From positions 1,532-25,531 of the forward strand of contig JAAUSC010000024.1 in the NCBI GenBank assembly GCA_012031965.1: DNA of 24,000 bases, in the 5' to 3' direction. Within the stretch, counting starts at the first letter, position 1, and each line of letters starts with the position of its first letter. This document shows positions 8,961-16,404 of the stretch, one piece after another. The notes under the pieces are model-generated. The model was not told where the DNA came from and searched no databases. It was given only the letters and a program-made list of their open reading frames with translations. The position numbers were made by a program, and so were the translations under genes. The DNA comes from Scytonema sp. RU_4_4 (GTDB lineage Bacteria; Cyanobacteriota; Cyanobacteriia; Cyanobacteriales; Nostocaceae).

Positions 8961-10181
8961 ATGGTCAATCAGAAATTAACCGCTCCTGAAATTGGATTTA
9001 CTCACGACGATTTCGCTGCTCTGCTAGACAAGTACGATTATCATTTTAGCCCAGGCGATATAGTACCAGGTACAGTATTCAGCATAGAGCCACGCGGCGC
9101 TCTGATTGACATAGGTGCTAAAACAGCAGCATATATACCTATACAAGAAATGTCTATCAACCGGGTAGATAGCCCGGAAGAAGTCTTACAATCCAACGAA
9201 ACACGGGAATTTTTCATCCTTACTGATGAAAACGAAGATGGTCAACTGACGCTATCCATTCGCCGTATTGAATACATGCGGGCTTGGGAACGTGTACGAC
9301 AGTTGCAGGCAGAAGATGCAACTGTCCGTTCTGGCGTTTTTGCTACCAATCGTGGTGGAGCTTTGGTGCGGATAGAAGGCTTACGTGGATTTATTCCTGG
9401 TTCTCATATTAGCACCCGCAAACCAAAAGAAGAGTTGGTTGGCGAAGAACTGCCATTAAAATTCCTAGAGGTAGACGAAGAACGTAACCGCCTTGTTTTA
9501 TCTCATCGTCGTGCGCTGGTTGAGCGCAAGATGAACCGCTTAGAAGTTGGAGAAGTCGTGATTGGTACTGTACGCGGTATTAAGCCCTACGGTGCCTTTA
9601 TTGATATTGGCGGCGTGAGTGGTCTACTTCACATCTCCGAAATTTCCCACGAGCATATAGATACACCTCATAGTGTCTTTAATGTCAATGATGAAGTTAA
9701 AGTCATGATCATTGACTTAGATGCAGAACGTGGTCGTATTTCCTTGTCTACCAAACAACTGGAACCTGAACCAGGCGATATGATTAAGAATCGCGATTTG
9801 GTGTATGACAAGGCAGAGGAAATGGCTGCGAAGTATCGGGAACAACTGCTAGCCAAACAGCAAGGTGCTCCTGCGGCTCCTGCTGCATCAGCTGAAGCCG
9901 CAGAAATTGTGGGTGAAGAAATACCTGCAGAAATTGTGGGTGAAGAAATACCTGCAGAAATTGTGGGTGAAGAAATACCTGCAGAAATTGTGGGTGAAGA
10001 AATACCCGCAGCAGTAGCAGTTGAAGAAGAAATACCCGCAGCAGTAGCAGTTGAAGAAGAAATACCCTCAGCAGTTGAAGAAGAAATACCCGCAGCAGTT
10101 GAAGAAGAAATACCCGTAGCAGTTGAAGAAGAAATACCCGTAGCAGTTGAAGAAGAAATACCCGCAGCAGTTGAAGAGTAA
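8961..10181 (+). CDS. rpsA: 30S ribosomal protein S1 with a C-terminal acidic tandem-repeat extension
   Basis: MVNQKLTAPEIGFTHDDFAALLDKYDYHF is the typical cyanobacterial S1 N-terminus (ATG 8961; the track starts earlier at GTG 8877). Three S1 domains are followed by a 93-aa repeat tail. Confidence 0.93.
   Translation: MVNQKLTAPEIGFTHDDFAALLDKYDYHFSPGDIVPGTVFSIEPRGALIDIGAKTAAYIPIQEMSINRVDSPEEVLQSNETREFFILTDENEDGQLTLSIRRIEYMRAWERVRQLQAEDATVRSGVFATNRGGALVRIEGLRGFIPGSHISTRKPKEELVGEELPLKFLEVDEERNRLVLSHRRALVERKMNRLEVGEVVIGTVRGIKPYGAFIDIGGVSGLLHISEISHEHIDTPHSVFNVNDEVKVMIIDLDAERGRISLSTKQLEPEPGDMIKNRDLVYDKAEEMAAKYREQLLAKQQGAPAAPAASAEAAEIVGEEIPAEIVGEEIPAEIVGEEIPAEIVGEEIPAAVAVEEEIPAAVAVEEEIPSAVEEEIPAAVEEEIPVAVEEEIPVAVEEEIPAAVEE
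9900..10178 (+). repeat. In-frame tandem repeats inside rpsA: 27 bp x4 (AEIVGEEIP), 30 bp x2 (AAVAVEEEIP), 24 bp x4 plus a partial copy (xAVEEEIP)
   Basis: Directly visible, nearly perfect tandem copies. Track ORF 9668-10186 on the minus strand is an antisense artefact of these repeats. Confidence 0.95.
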
Positions 10182-10260
10182 CTCATTCGCTGTGGTAGTT
10201 GTATAGACTGGCTACTTAATAAAAAGCTTATAAAAAAAGCTAATAAAAAAGTATTAGATG

Positions 10261-10284
10261 AAGAGGGATTATCCCTCTTTTTTT
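10261..10284. terminator. Intrinsic terminator AAGAGGGA-TTA-TCCCTCTT followed by a T-run; possibly bidirectional
   Basis: 8-bp stem followed by T7 on the plus strand, downstream of rpsA. An A/T-rich run on the other side faces the convergent nitroreductase gene. Confidence 0.7.
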
Positions 10285-10894
10285 ATAACTCATCCTTGAG
10301 CATAGGCGAAATTTGTCCCCAGCTTCCAGTGAAGACAAACGTCTCAATGGGCTTGCGTTGGCGTGGAGAAAACTCGCGCTGTCGGTATTGTTCGGGTAGC
10401 GCTTCAGAGTCGCCAGGGTATCCAATAGCGATCGCTGCGACTGGCTCATATCCCTCAGGAATATTGTACAATTCTCTTGCCTTAGACACGTCAAATCCTG
10501 CCATCTGGTGGATAAACAGACCTAAAGAAGTCGCTTGAATTGCTAGAAGACTAGCCGCCGCTCCAACATCATGAAACGCATGACGGTTTTCATTACCATT
10601 TCTTTCAAAGTAAAGCTTCGCTACCGAAATCATTAGGACGGGGGCGTTTTTTGCCCATACTTGATTTCCTTGTGCTAAACAACTCAACAGACGGTTGAAT
10701 TCCTCTGGATTGTCCTGAGTAGCAACGATAAAGTGCCAAGGCTGCTCATTAAATGAAGAAGCTGCCCAACGAGCAGCTTCCAGCAAACTGCAAAGCGTTT
10801 TTTTTTCAAGAGGTTGACTGGAAAATGCCAGGGGGCTCCAGCGCTGTTTCAGCAAGTCATGAATTGGAAATTGGGTATCAGCAGGTTTCTTCAT
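10283..10894 (-). CDS. Nitroreductase family protein
   Basis: LLKQRWSPLAFS and the overall size and sequence resemble the nitroreductase fold family. ATG 10894 (MKKPAD...) is preferred over the track start GTG 10927. Confidence 0.8.
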   Translation of the reverse strand: MKKPADTQFPIHDLLKQRWSPLAFSSQPLEKKTLCSLLEAARWAASSFNEQPWHFIVATQDNPEEFNRLLSCLAQGNQVWAKNAPVLMISVAKLYFERNGNENRHAFHDVGAAASLLAIQATSLGLFIHQMAGFDVSKARELYNIPEGYEPVAAIAIGYPGDSEALPEQYRQREFSPRQRKPIETFVFTGSWGQISPMLKDEL

Positions 10895-11007
10895 AACAGT
10901 GCCTAGTATTGCGTTTTCTGAGGACACAAGCCGCTAAATCTCAGTGAAAATTTTTACCTGAAGCGTTAAATTCTAGAACAGATTTCATCTAAACCTCCAG
11001 GAGACCC

Positions 11008-11034
11008 CCACCAAAACTGTACTCAGTTTGGTGG
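11008..11034 (-). repeat. Right-end subterminal imperfect hairpin of the IscB element
   Basis: CCACCAAAACTG-TACT-CAGTTTGGTGG: an 11-bp stem with one bulged A and a 4-nt TACT loop. Same design as the hairpin at 12703-12731. Confidence 0.55.
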
Positions 11035-11130
11035 CGGGAGGATGTCCGGGTTAATTGTGAAACGTCCCTTAAATGATTTTGTGCGTTAGCACAAACAATG
11101 AGAGGGACAGTTGAGCAATTAACAAATCTT

Positions 11131-12414
11131 CTATTGTGCATACGAGTAACCATCTTTTGCGTGAATGCGTTTACAAAACTTGTGCGATATTCCTTGAACT
11201 AATCCGTTTTTAGCAGAAATATTGAAACTACCTGACGAACGGATAGCCACTTTCCCAATATAATTACCAACCTTTTTACCAGTGGTGACGACTGCTTTTA
11301 CGATGTCACCAGTTTGAAAATTAAAGTGTATTTTTTCTCTTGGTACGTGTCGATGTGGGAAACCGAATTTATCTGTGCGACATGATTGCCTAGCTCCGTG
11401 TCCGTTAGCTGTAATTAACAATGGTTTGGCTCCTTTAATAATCAGTTTGGGTGTTGATTTCCCAACACAAGCCGCATCTAACCAGTGAGTCTTTTCTAAT
11501 TTTTGTTGACTTCTGTTGAACTTTGTTAGACCTCCTGAACCCGTTTCTACAGGCAATCCTGTCTCTTTTAAAATTCTAAATAACGCCCACCGAGTTGTGT
11601 TCACAGCGGCTGCATCAGCTAATGGTCTTTTAGCTTGTGCCAAAATTTTTGATAATTTAGCTGGGTCTTTTTTGAGAAACTCTTTGATATCTTTTGTCCC
11701 TTTTTTGGTGTTACATTTATCGCAACTTAAGGTGAGATTTGTAATAGAATTACTACCTCCCTTCGCTCGCGGGTGAATGTGTTCTACCTGAAAAGGAACG
11801 TCTTTAACGCCACAATAAGCACATTGCCTACCCCACTTTTCAAGTAAATATTCCCGCGTTTCGTAACCTGCTAAAGTACCTTGCTGATATTCCTCCCCTT
11901 TGATATCTGGATTACGCATTAACTGCATATCAAAACGGACTAATTCCTGACTAATAGCCTTAATTGGTGCAAATCGGCATAACTTATTAACCCAGGTTTC
12001 AATATTCTCGACACGGCTTTGTAAGCTCGGTGCTAACCATCCTTTTGGACGTGTTCTGTTTAAAAATCTTGGCGCTCTATAACGAGTTTTTCTAGCGCGT
12101 CTACCACGTCTTAATTGTCGTCTAGATGTTAAAGCTTCTCTAATAGCAAAGCCGCGATGTTTTAATTCTGCTGCAAATACGACTTCGCCAGTAGTCTCGT
12201 TGATTAATGCAATTCCTGTGAATTTTGCGCCTGGGTCTATTTTTAATCGCAGTGATGACACTGGTGAATCTGGTCTTGATTCTTTCAAAATAATTGTGAA
12301 CGGGAAGCGGCGATAAACTGCTGCTTTTTTGTTCCTTAATAACTGTCTAGCTTGTGCTGAATGAATTGGTAAGAGTGGTATGAAGTCTGTATCTAAAACG
12401 AATACTTTGCACAT
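11131..12414 (-). CDS. iscB: IscB-type RNA-guided nuclease (Cas9 ancestor family): PLMP-like N-terminus, split RuvC, bridge helix, HNH
   Basis: FIPLLPIH is PLMP-like. RuvC-I is LKIDPGAKFTGIAL (D60). The Arg-rich helix is RRQLRRGRRARKTRYRAPRF. RuvC-II is ISQELVRFD (E157). HNH is CAYCG...VEHIHPRAKGGSNSITNLTLSCDKCN (C198/C201/C231/C234, H212, N226/N235). RuvC-III is HWLDAACVG (H310/D313). 427 aa. A strong AAGGAGG Shine-Dalgarno sequence lies 6 nt before the ATG. Confidence 0.9.
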   Translation of the reverse strand: MCKVFVLDTDFIPLLPIHSAQARQLLRNKKAAVYRRFPFTIILKESRPDSPVSSLRLKIDPGAKFTGIALINETTGEVVFAAELKHRGFAIREALTSRRQLRRGRRARKTRYRAPRFLNRTRPKGWLAPSLQSRVENIETWVNKLCRFAPIKAISQELVRFDMQLMRNPDIKGEEYQQGTLAGYETREYLLEKWGRQCAYCGVKDVPFQVEHIHPRAKGGSNSITNLTLSCDKCNTKKGTKDIKEFLKKDPAKLSKILAQAKRPLADAAAVNTTRWALFRILKETGLPVETGSGGLTKFNRSQQKLEKTHWLDAACVGKSTPKLIIKGAKPLLITANGHGARQSCRTDKFGFPHRHVPREKIHFNFQTGDIVKAVVTTGKKVGNYIGKVAIRSSGSFNISAKNGLVQGISHKFCKRIHAKDGYSYAQ

Positions 12415-12745
12415 AAGTGCCTCCTTTCGGGTAATGTTAGCCTGGACAATGATTTAAAGGCTTTTTACGCTAACAACACTGACTCAAACCCAATGATTCT
12501 GTTTAATTGTTAACCTCAGGAGCCACTGCGTTGCCGGAGAGAAGTGCCTTGCGCGGGTTAAGCGCGTTGTGGCAACTTCGGAGGTTCCCCCGGTTGTAGC
12601 AAGTGGCGTAGCTACAAACTGGCTGCGTATTTGTAGGTGAGATGACCTAAAAATCGTAGTGAATTAACACTTAGTCGGGTAAACTCTAGGCTTTAAAAGC
12701 CCCCACTGTATTAGGTACTCCTAATCAGTGGTGGGTAGTTTACTA
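12415..12745 (-). ncRNA. Candidate omega RNA (HEARO-type guide RNA scaffold) of IscB; 5' end approximate
   Basis: About 330 nt upstream of iscB with no ORF. It is locally G+C-rich and densely self-complementary. Hairpins: 12703-12731, then TTGTAGC (12594-12600) / GCTACAA (12611-12617), then GAAGTGCC (12541-12548) / GGCAACTTC (12571-12579) enclosing GCGC-N7-GCGC. The position matches the known IscB locus layout. Confidence 0.6.
12703..12731 (-). repeat. Left-end subterminal imperfect hairpin of the IscB element
   Basis: CCACTGTATTAGG-TACT-CCTAATCAGTGG: a 12-bp stem with one bulged T and a TACT loop. Confidence 0.55.
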
Positions 12746-13013
12746 TTTTACACATTGACATATTCAAAGATTTTGACATATTGTTAACAAGTTCGCGTTA
12801 ATGAGATAACCTTAACAAAAGTTTGAGTAACCCTAACTTGCGTAAGCAAGCTCAACTTCACTCTGGTTTCAGACAAGCTCAAATCCGATCAGGGCATGAA
12901 AGCCCCTTCAACTAAACTTCAATAATGTTTCAGGGTTTTGCCTCTACCAATTTGGAGTACGAAGGCTCACCATTGTGAGATTCAACCAATATTGAACAGG
13001 AGAGAAGAGGCAA

Positions 13014-14243
13014 ATGATCATTTTCGACCCTATAACCTTGAGTGCTATTAGCCATACTCTCAATGCTGCTTCTGTCATCAGTGTTAGCATTCAAAATCAA
13101 TCGAACTTGAGTCTGAGTCAAGCAACAAAATCGAAGTTAGCAAAGAACCCAACAAAGCTTTCACACCTGACAAGAACGACGACTCCTACTCTCGTAGCCC
13201 AAGCCACCACTTCAACACCGAACTCAGATACGAGCAAATGCGGTTCTGGTCAATCACGCGATAAGTACACACAACCATTTGCCTGCGACAGCATTTGGAA
13301 TATGCCAATTGGAGCGAACGCGAAATACGTTGATGCTTATATCGGCTCAACGGGCGTTGGAGTTGACACAGACTGGTTCATCATAACCCAGGAAAGCGAC
13401 CGGGCTGTGTCAACTTATATGCCTGGTTCGTGGGGTCCAGGTCGCTGCACTGGCACTCAGGTGCAGCAGCAAGCGCAATGGCATCCCGAAGCGGGTGAGC
13501 TGTTGAAAGTTCCTGAGAGTCTCATCATTGAGGATGCAAGTGGAAACTTTACTCCAAACGGCTCCTCAGCCTTCCTGAAGCCGGATGGCAGAACACTAGT
13601 GTCTTTTAACGTGACCACCCGTTGTCAACAGGGTGCCCCGCTTTACGGCGTTTGGTTTGGACAGCAAGACATTTACGGCGATGGCATTGATGGTGGGCAT
13701 GGCGGCTCAGGAATGTCGAGCATTGGCGGTAGCATTCGCAAAGGTGAGTTGTTGAACGACGAGCCTATCCGTCACGCACTCAAGATTGATATCTGGGGCA
13801 AGTGGCTGCATTACAATGCTTCATCGTCAACCCCTGGTCACCGCTGGCCAGCCCGTCTGGCTGATTCTAATGCATCATCCCAATACCAGGGGTCCAATCC
13901 AGCACTGGTCATGGGTTCCTTACTAGCAATTCCACCTAATGTCACAGCCGAGAGCCTAGGACTGACCAGCAAAGCAGGTAAGAAAATCTTCCAAGCTATG
14001 CAAGACTACGGTGCTTACGTCGTTGACAATTCAGGCTGGGACTACAATTACCTCTGCGTTGAACAGAGCGCCGAGCAAGAGTATGAGACAGTTACCGGAC
14101 ATGAGATTCATGGAGATGCAGCGCTCCAAGCGGACTTCGCCAAAATTATTGCTGCTGTGAAGGTTGTGGACAACAACAAATCGAACAGTATTGGTGGAGG
14201 TGGTACACCACGCCAACCTTTGGCACCACCACTTGGAAATTAA
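13014..14243 (+). CDS. Hypothetical protein (409 aa) with an S/T-rich linker; compositionally atypical
   Basis: Long ORF with GGAGA upstream of the ATG. Hand counts of several 60-nt lines give roughly 45-65% G+C, against about 38-47% in neighbouring genes. Many G/C-ending codons. No family recognised (motifs GHGGSGMSSIGGSIRKGEL and HALKIDIWGKW). Confidence 0.7.
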   Translation: MIIFDPITLSAISHTLNAASVISVSIQNQSNLSLSQATKSKLAKNPTKLSHLTRTTTPTLVAQATTSTPNSDTSKCGSGQSRDKYTQPFACDSIWNMPIGANAKYVDAYIGSTGVGVDTDWFIITQESDRAVSTYMPGSWGPGRCTGTQVQQQAQWHPEAGELLKVPESLIIEDASGNFTPNGSSAFLKPDGRTLVSFNVTTRCQQGAPLYGVWFGQQDIYGDGIDGGHGGSGMSSIGGSIRKGELLNDEPIRHALKIDIWGKWLHYNASSSTPGHRWPARLADSNASSQYQGSNPALVMGSLLAIPPNVTAESLGLTSKAGKKIFQAMQDYGAYVVDNSGWDYNYLCVEQSAEQEYETVTGHEIHGDAALQADFAKIIAAVKVVDNNKSNSIGGGGTPRQPLAPPLGN

Positions 14244-14286
14244 AAGCGATTAGTGCTGTTTTAATTCGGTAGAACACAGATTGAGT

Positions 14287-14316
14287 GTAGGGCACAGCAA
14301 GACTCTGTGCCCCTAC
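14287..14316 (+). terminator. Hairpin GTAGGGCACAG-N7-CTGTGCCCCTAC (Nostoc-type repeat hairpin) downstream of the 13014-14243 gene
   Basis: 11-bp stem with one bulge, 44 nt after the stop codon. No T-run. Confidence 0.35.
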
Positions 14317-14437
14317 CACGTGGTTTGTAGCAATTTGATATTGGGTACGATAACCGCACCTTATACAGACGGATACCACGACAGTTACAAAGATTAGAGA
14401 AGCTTAACATTTCGTTACTATAGAAACATCAAGAGAG

Positions 14438-15604
14438 GTGAAACAAAACCTCTACAAGTTGAAATCAAAGGTGAAAGATATGAACGGGACTATTCGCGTT
14501 GGCAATCTCTTCGGGATTCCCTTCTATATCCATCCGTCCTGGTTTTTGATCCTATTGCTAGTGACTCTGAGCTATAGCGGTGGACTAGCAGCGCAATTTC
14601 CCCAATTAGGTGGTGGATTAGCTTTGCCACTGGGATTGCTGACAGCGCTATTGTTATTTTCCTCGGTTGTCGCCCATGAATTAGGACATAGCTTTGTCGC
14701 TATTCGTCAAGGGATAGATGTCAAATCAATCACACTGTTCATATTTGGTGGCTTAGCAAGCTTAGAAAGAGAGTCGAAAACCCCAGCGGAAGCTTTTTGG
14801 GTTGCCATTGCAGGTCCTTTAGTTAGTCTAGTGCTATTTGGAATACTAACAGCTATTGGTTTGGTGGCGACTCCAACAGGACCATTGGCAGCGATTCTTG
14901 GACTCCTGGCTTCTATTAACTTGGCATTAGCTCTATTTAACCTCATTCCGGGCTTACCTCTAGATGGTGGAAATATACTGAAAGCTATTGTTTGGAAAGT
15001 GACAGGTAATCCATATAGAGGTGTGGTTTTTGCCAGTCGAGTTGGGCAAATCTTTGGTTGGGTAGCTATAGCCTCTGGTTTACTTCCACTACTGTTCTTT
15101 GGTAGCTTTGCTAACTTCTGGAACTTGTTAATTGGTTTCTTCTTACTGCAAAATGCTGGGAATGCAGCTCAGTTTGCCAAAGTACAAGAGCAACTGACTG
15201 GTTTAACAGCAGCTGATGCAGTCACGTTGGATAGTCCTATTGTGCCTGCTCATATCACACTCAGAGAGTTTGCTGACGAGCGTATCTTGAATTGGCAAAA
15301 CTGGCATCGCTTTTTGGTAACTGATGAGAGCGGACAATTAGTAGGAGCGATATCCGTTCAAGATTTGCGAACCGTCTCTACAGAACTTTGGTCAGAAACT
15401 CAAGTCCGAGAAATCATGCGACCAATGGAACAAGTAGTCACTGTCCAATCTGACAAACCCTTGTTGGAAGTGATGCAGCTTTTAGAACAACAGAAGTTAT
15501 CTGCACTTCCCGTAACTCGTGACAATGGTGTACTCGTCGGACTTCTAGAAAAAGCTTCAATTATCAGCCTCCTTCAAAGGAGAGTGCAAGCAAATCCTGC
15601 ATGA
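14438..15604 (+). CDS. Site-2 protease family (M50) zinc metalloprotease with a C-terminal CBS pair; likely start at ATG 14480
   Basis: HELGH zinc motif, NLIPGLPLDGG motif, multiple TM segments, and CBS-like repeats at the C-terminus. Confidence 0.9.
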   Translation: MKQNLYKLKSKVKDMNGTIRVGNLFGIPFYIHPSWFLILLLVTLSYSGGLAAQFPQLGGGLALPLGLLTALLLFSSVVAHELGHSFVAIRQGIDVKSITLFIFGGLASLERESKTPAEAFWVAIAGPLVSLVLFGILTAIGLVATPTGPLAAILGLLASINLALALFNLIPGLPLDGGNILKAIVWKVTGNPYRGVVFASRVGQIFGWVAIASGLLPLLFFGSFANFWNLLIGFFLLQNAGNAAQFAKVQEQLTGLTAADAVTLDSPIVPAHITLREFADERILNWQNWHRFLVTDESGQLVGAISVQDLRTVSTELWSETQVREIMRPMEQVVTVQSDKPLLEVMQLLEQQKLSALPVTRDNGVLVGLLEKASIISLLQRRVQANPA

Positions 15605-15753
15605 ATCTGGTGTTTAAGACTCCTCCTCAAACTTTCCCTGGATTTTCTGGGGAAATTTTTTTACTTGCAATGTAACAAAGAATCGTCAGTAGATGTCGTA
15701 CTATGACCCAACGGTTAGACTAGAACCACAGGATAACAATCAAAGGAAAATTC

Positions 15754-16359
15754 ATGATGAGTGACCGAGATTACACATTAATTATTGATAAGAGCGGTAG
15801 CATGTCTACTCCTGACCAAGCAGGTGGTAGAAGTCGGTGGGAGATAGCCCAAGAATCTACACTTGCTTTGGCAAGAAAGTGTGAGCAATTTGACCCTGAC
15901 GGTATCACTGTTTATGTGTTTGCTGGAAGGTTTAAACGCTACGACGATGTAACTTCAGCCAAAGTCGCGCAGATTTTTCTAGAAAATGACCCGGGTGGTA
16001 CGACGAATTTAGCAGGTGTTCTCCAAGACGCAACCAATAATTACTTTCAGCGCAAAGCTGCTGGTCAAACCAAGCTCAACGGAGAAACAATTCTAGTTAT
16101 CACCGATGGTGAACCAGATGATCGTAAAGCAGTATTTGAAGTCGTCATTAATGCATCTCATCAGATGGAACGCGATGAAGAATTAGGAATTTCTATCATT
16201 CAAGTAGGCTCAGATGCTCAAGCAACTAAATTTCTCAAAGCTTTAGATGACCAAATGGAAAGTGTTGGTGCTAAATTTGACATCTGCGACACAATCACTT
16301 TAGATGAAATGGAAGATATGAGCCTCGCTGATGTATTGATGAATGCAGTGACCGATTAA
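15754..16359 (+). CDS. vWA domain protein (copine/TerF-like vWA), paralog 1
   Basis: MIDAS elements DKSGSM, GGTTNLAG and ITDGEPDD. About 200 aa. Confidence 0.85.
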   Translation: MMSDRDYTLIIDKSGSMSTPDQAGGRSRWEIAQESTLALARKCEQFDPDGITVYVFAGRFKRYDDVTSAKVAQIFLENDPGGTTNLAGVLQDATNNYFQRKAAGQTKLNGETILVITDGEPDDRKAVFEVVINASHQMERDEELGISIIQVGSDAQATKFLKALDDQMESVGAKFDICDTITLDEMEDMSLADVLMNAVTD

Positions 16360-16404
16360 TCAGTCCTTTGTTAATGACTGATGGCTGATGAATGATAACA
16401 AAAT

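Larger units (their letters stand above)
10990..12760 (-). mobile_element. Non-autonomous IS200/IS605-superfamily element carrying iscB and its upstream structured RNA (OMEGA-type); boundaries approximate
   Basis: Matching subterminal imperfect hairpins at 11008-11034 and 12703-12731 bracket iscB and a structured non-coding region. No tnpA lies inside or nearby. Confidence 0.65.

Noticed and set aside
9900-10178. Possible CRISPR array, given regularly spaced repeats
   Set aside because: The repeats are contiguous with no unique spacers. The periods of 24-30 bp are in frame and continue the S1 reading frame to its stop.
9668-10186. 172-aa minus-strand ORF (SSTA/GISS repeats)
   Set aside because: It is an antisense artefact of the in-frame tandem repeats at the rpsA 3' end.
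11516-11776. 86-aa plus-strand ORF inside iscB
   Set aside because: It is antisense to a well-supported coding region and has no recognisable features.
11131-12414. Calling the RuvC-HNH protein Cas9, or the locus a CRISPR-Cas locus
   Set aside because: The protein is only 427 aa with no REC lobe and has a PLMP-like N-terminus. No CRISPR array, tracrRNA-array pair or cas1/cas2/csn2 occurs anywhere in the window. The IscB architecture fits better.
10990-12760. Autonomous IS200/IS605 insertion sequence
   Set aside because: No Y1/HUH TnpA ORF is present inside or beside the element, so it can only be non-autonomous. Exact ends and the target motif cannot be determined from a single copy.
12930-13121. 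63-aa minus-strand ORF overlapping the start of the 13014-14243 gene; also minus-strand ORFs 14031-14216 and 14146-14379
   Set aside because: They are short, antisense to or trailing a long ORF that has consistent codon usage, and have no supporting signals.
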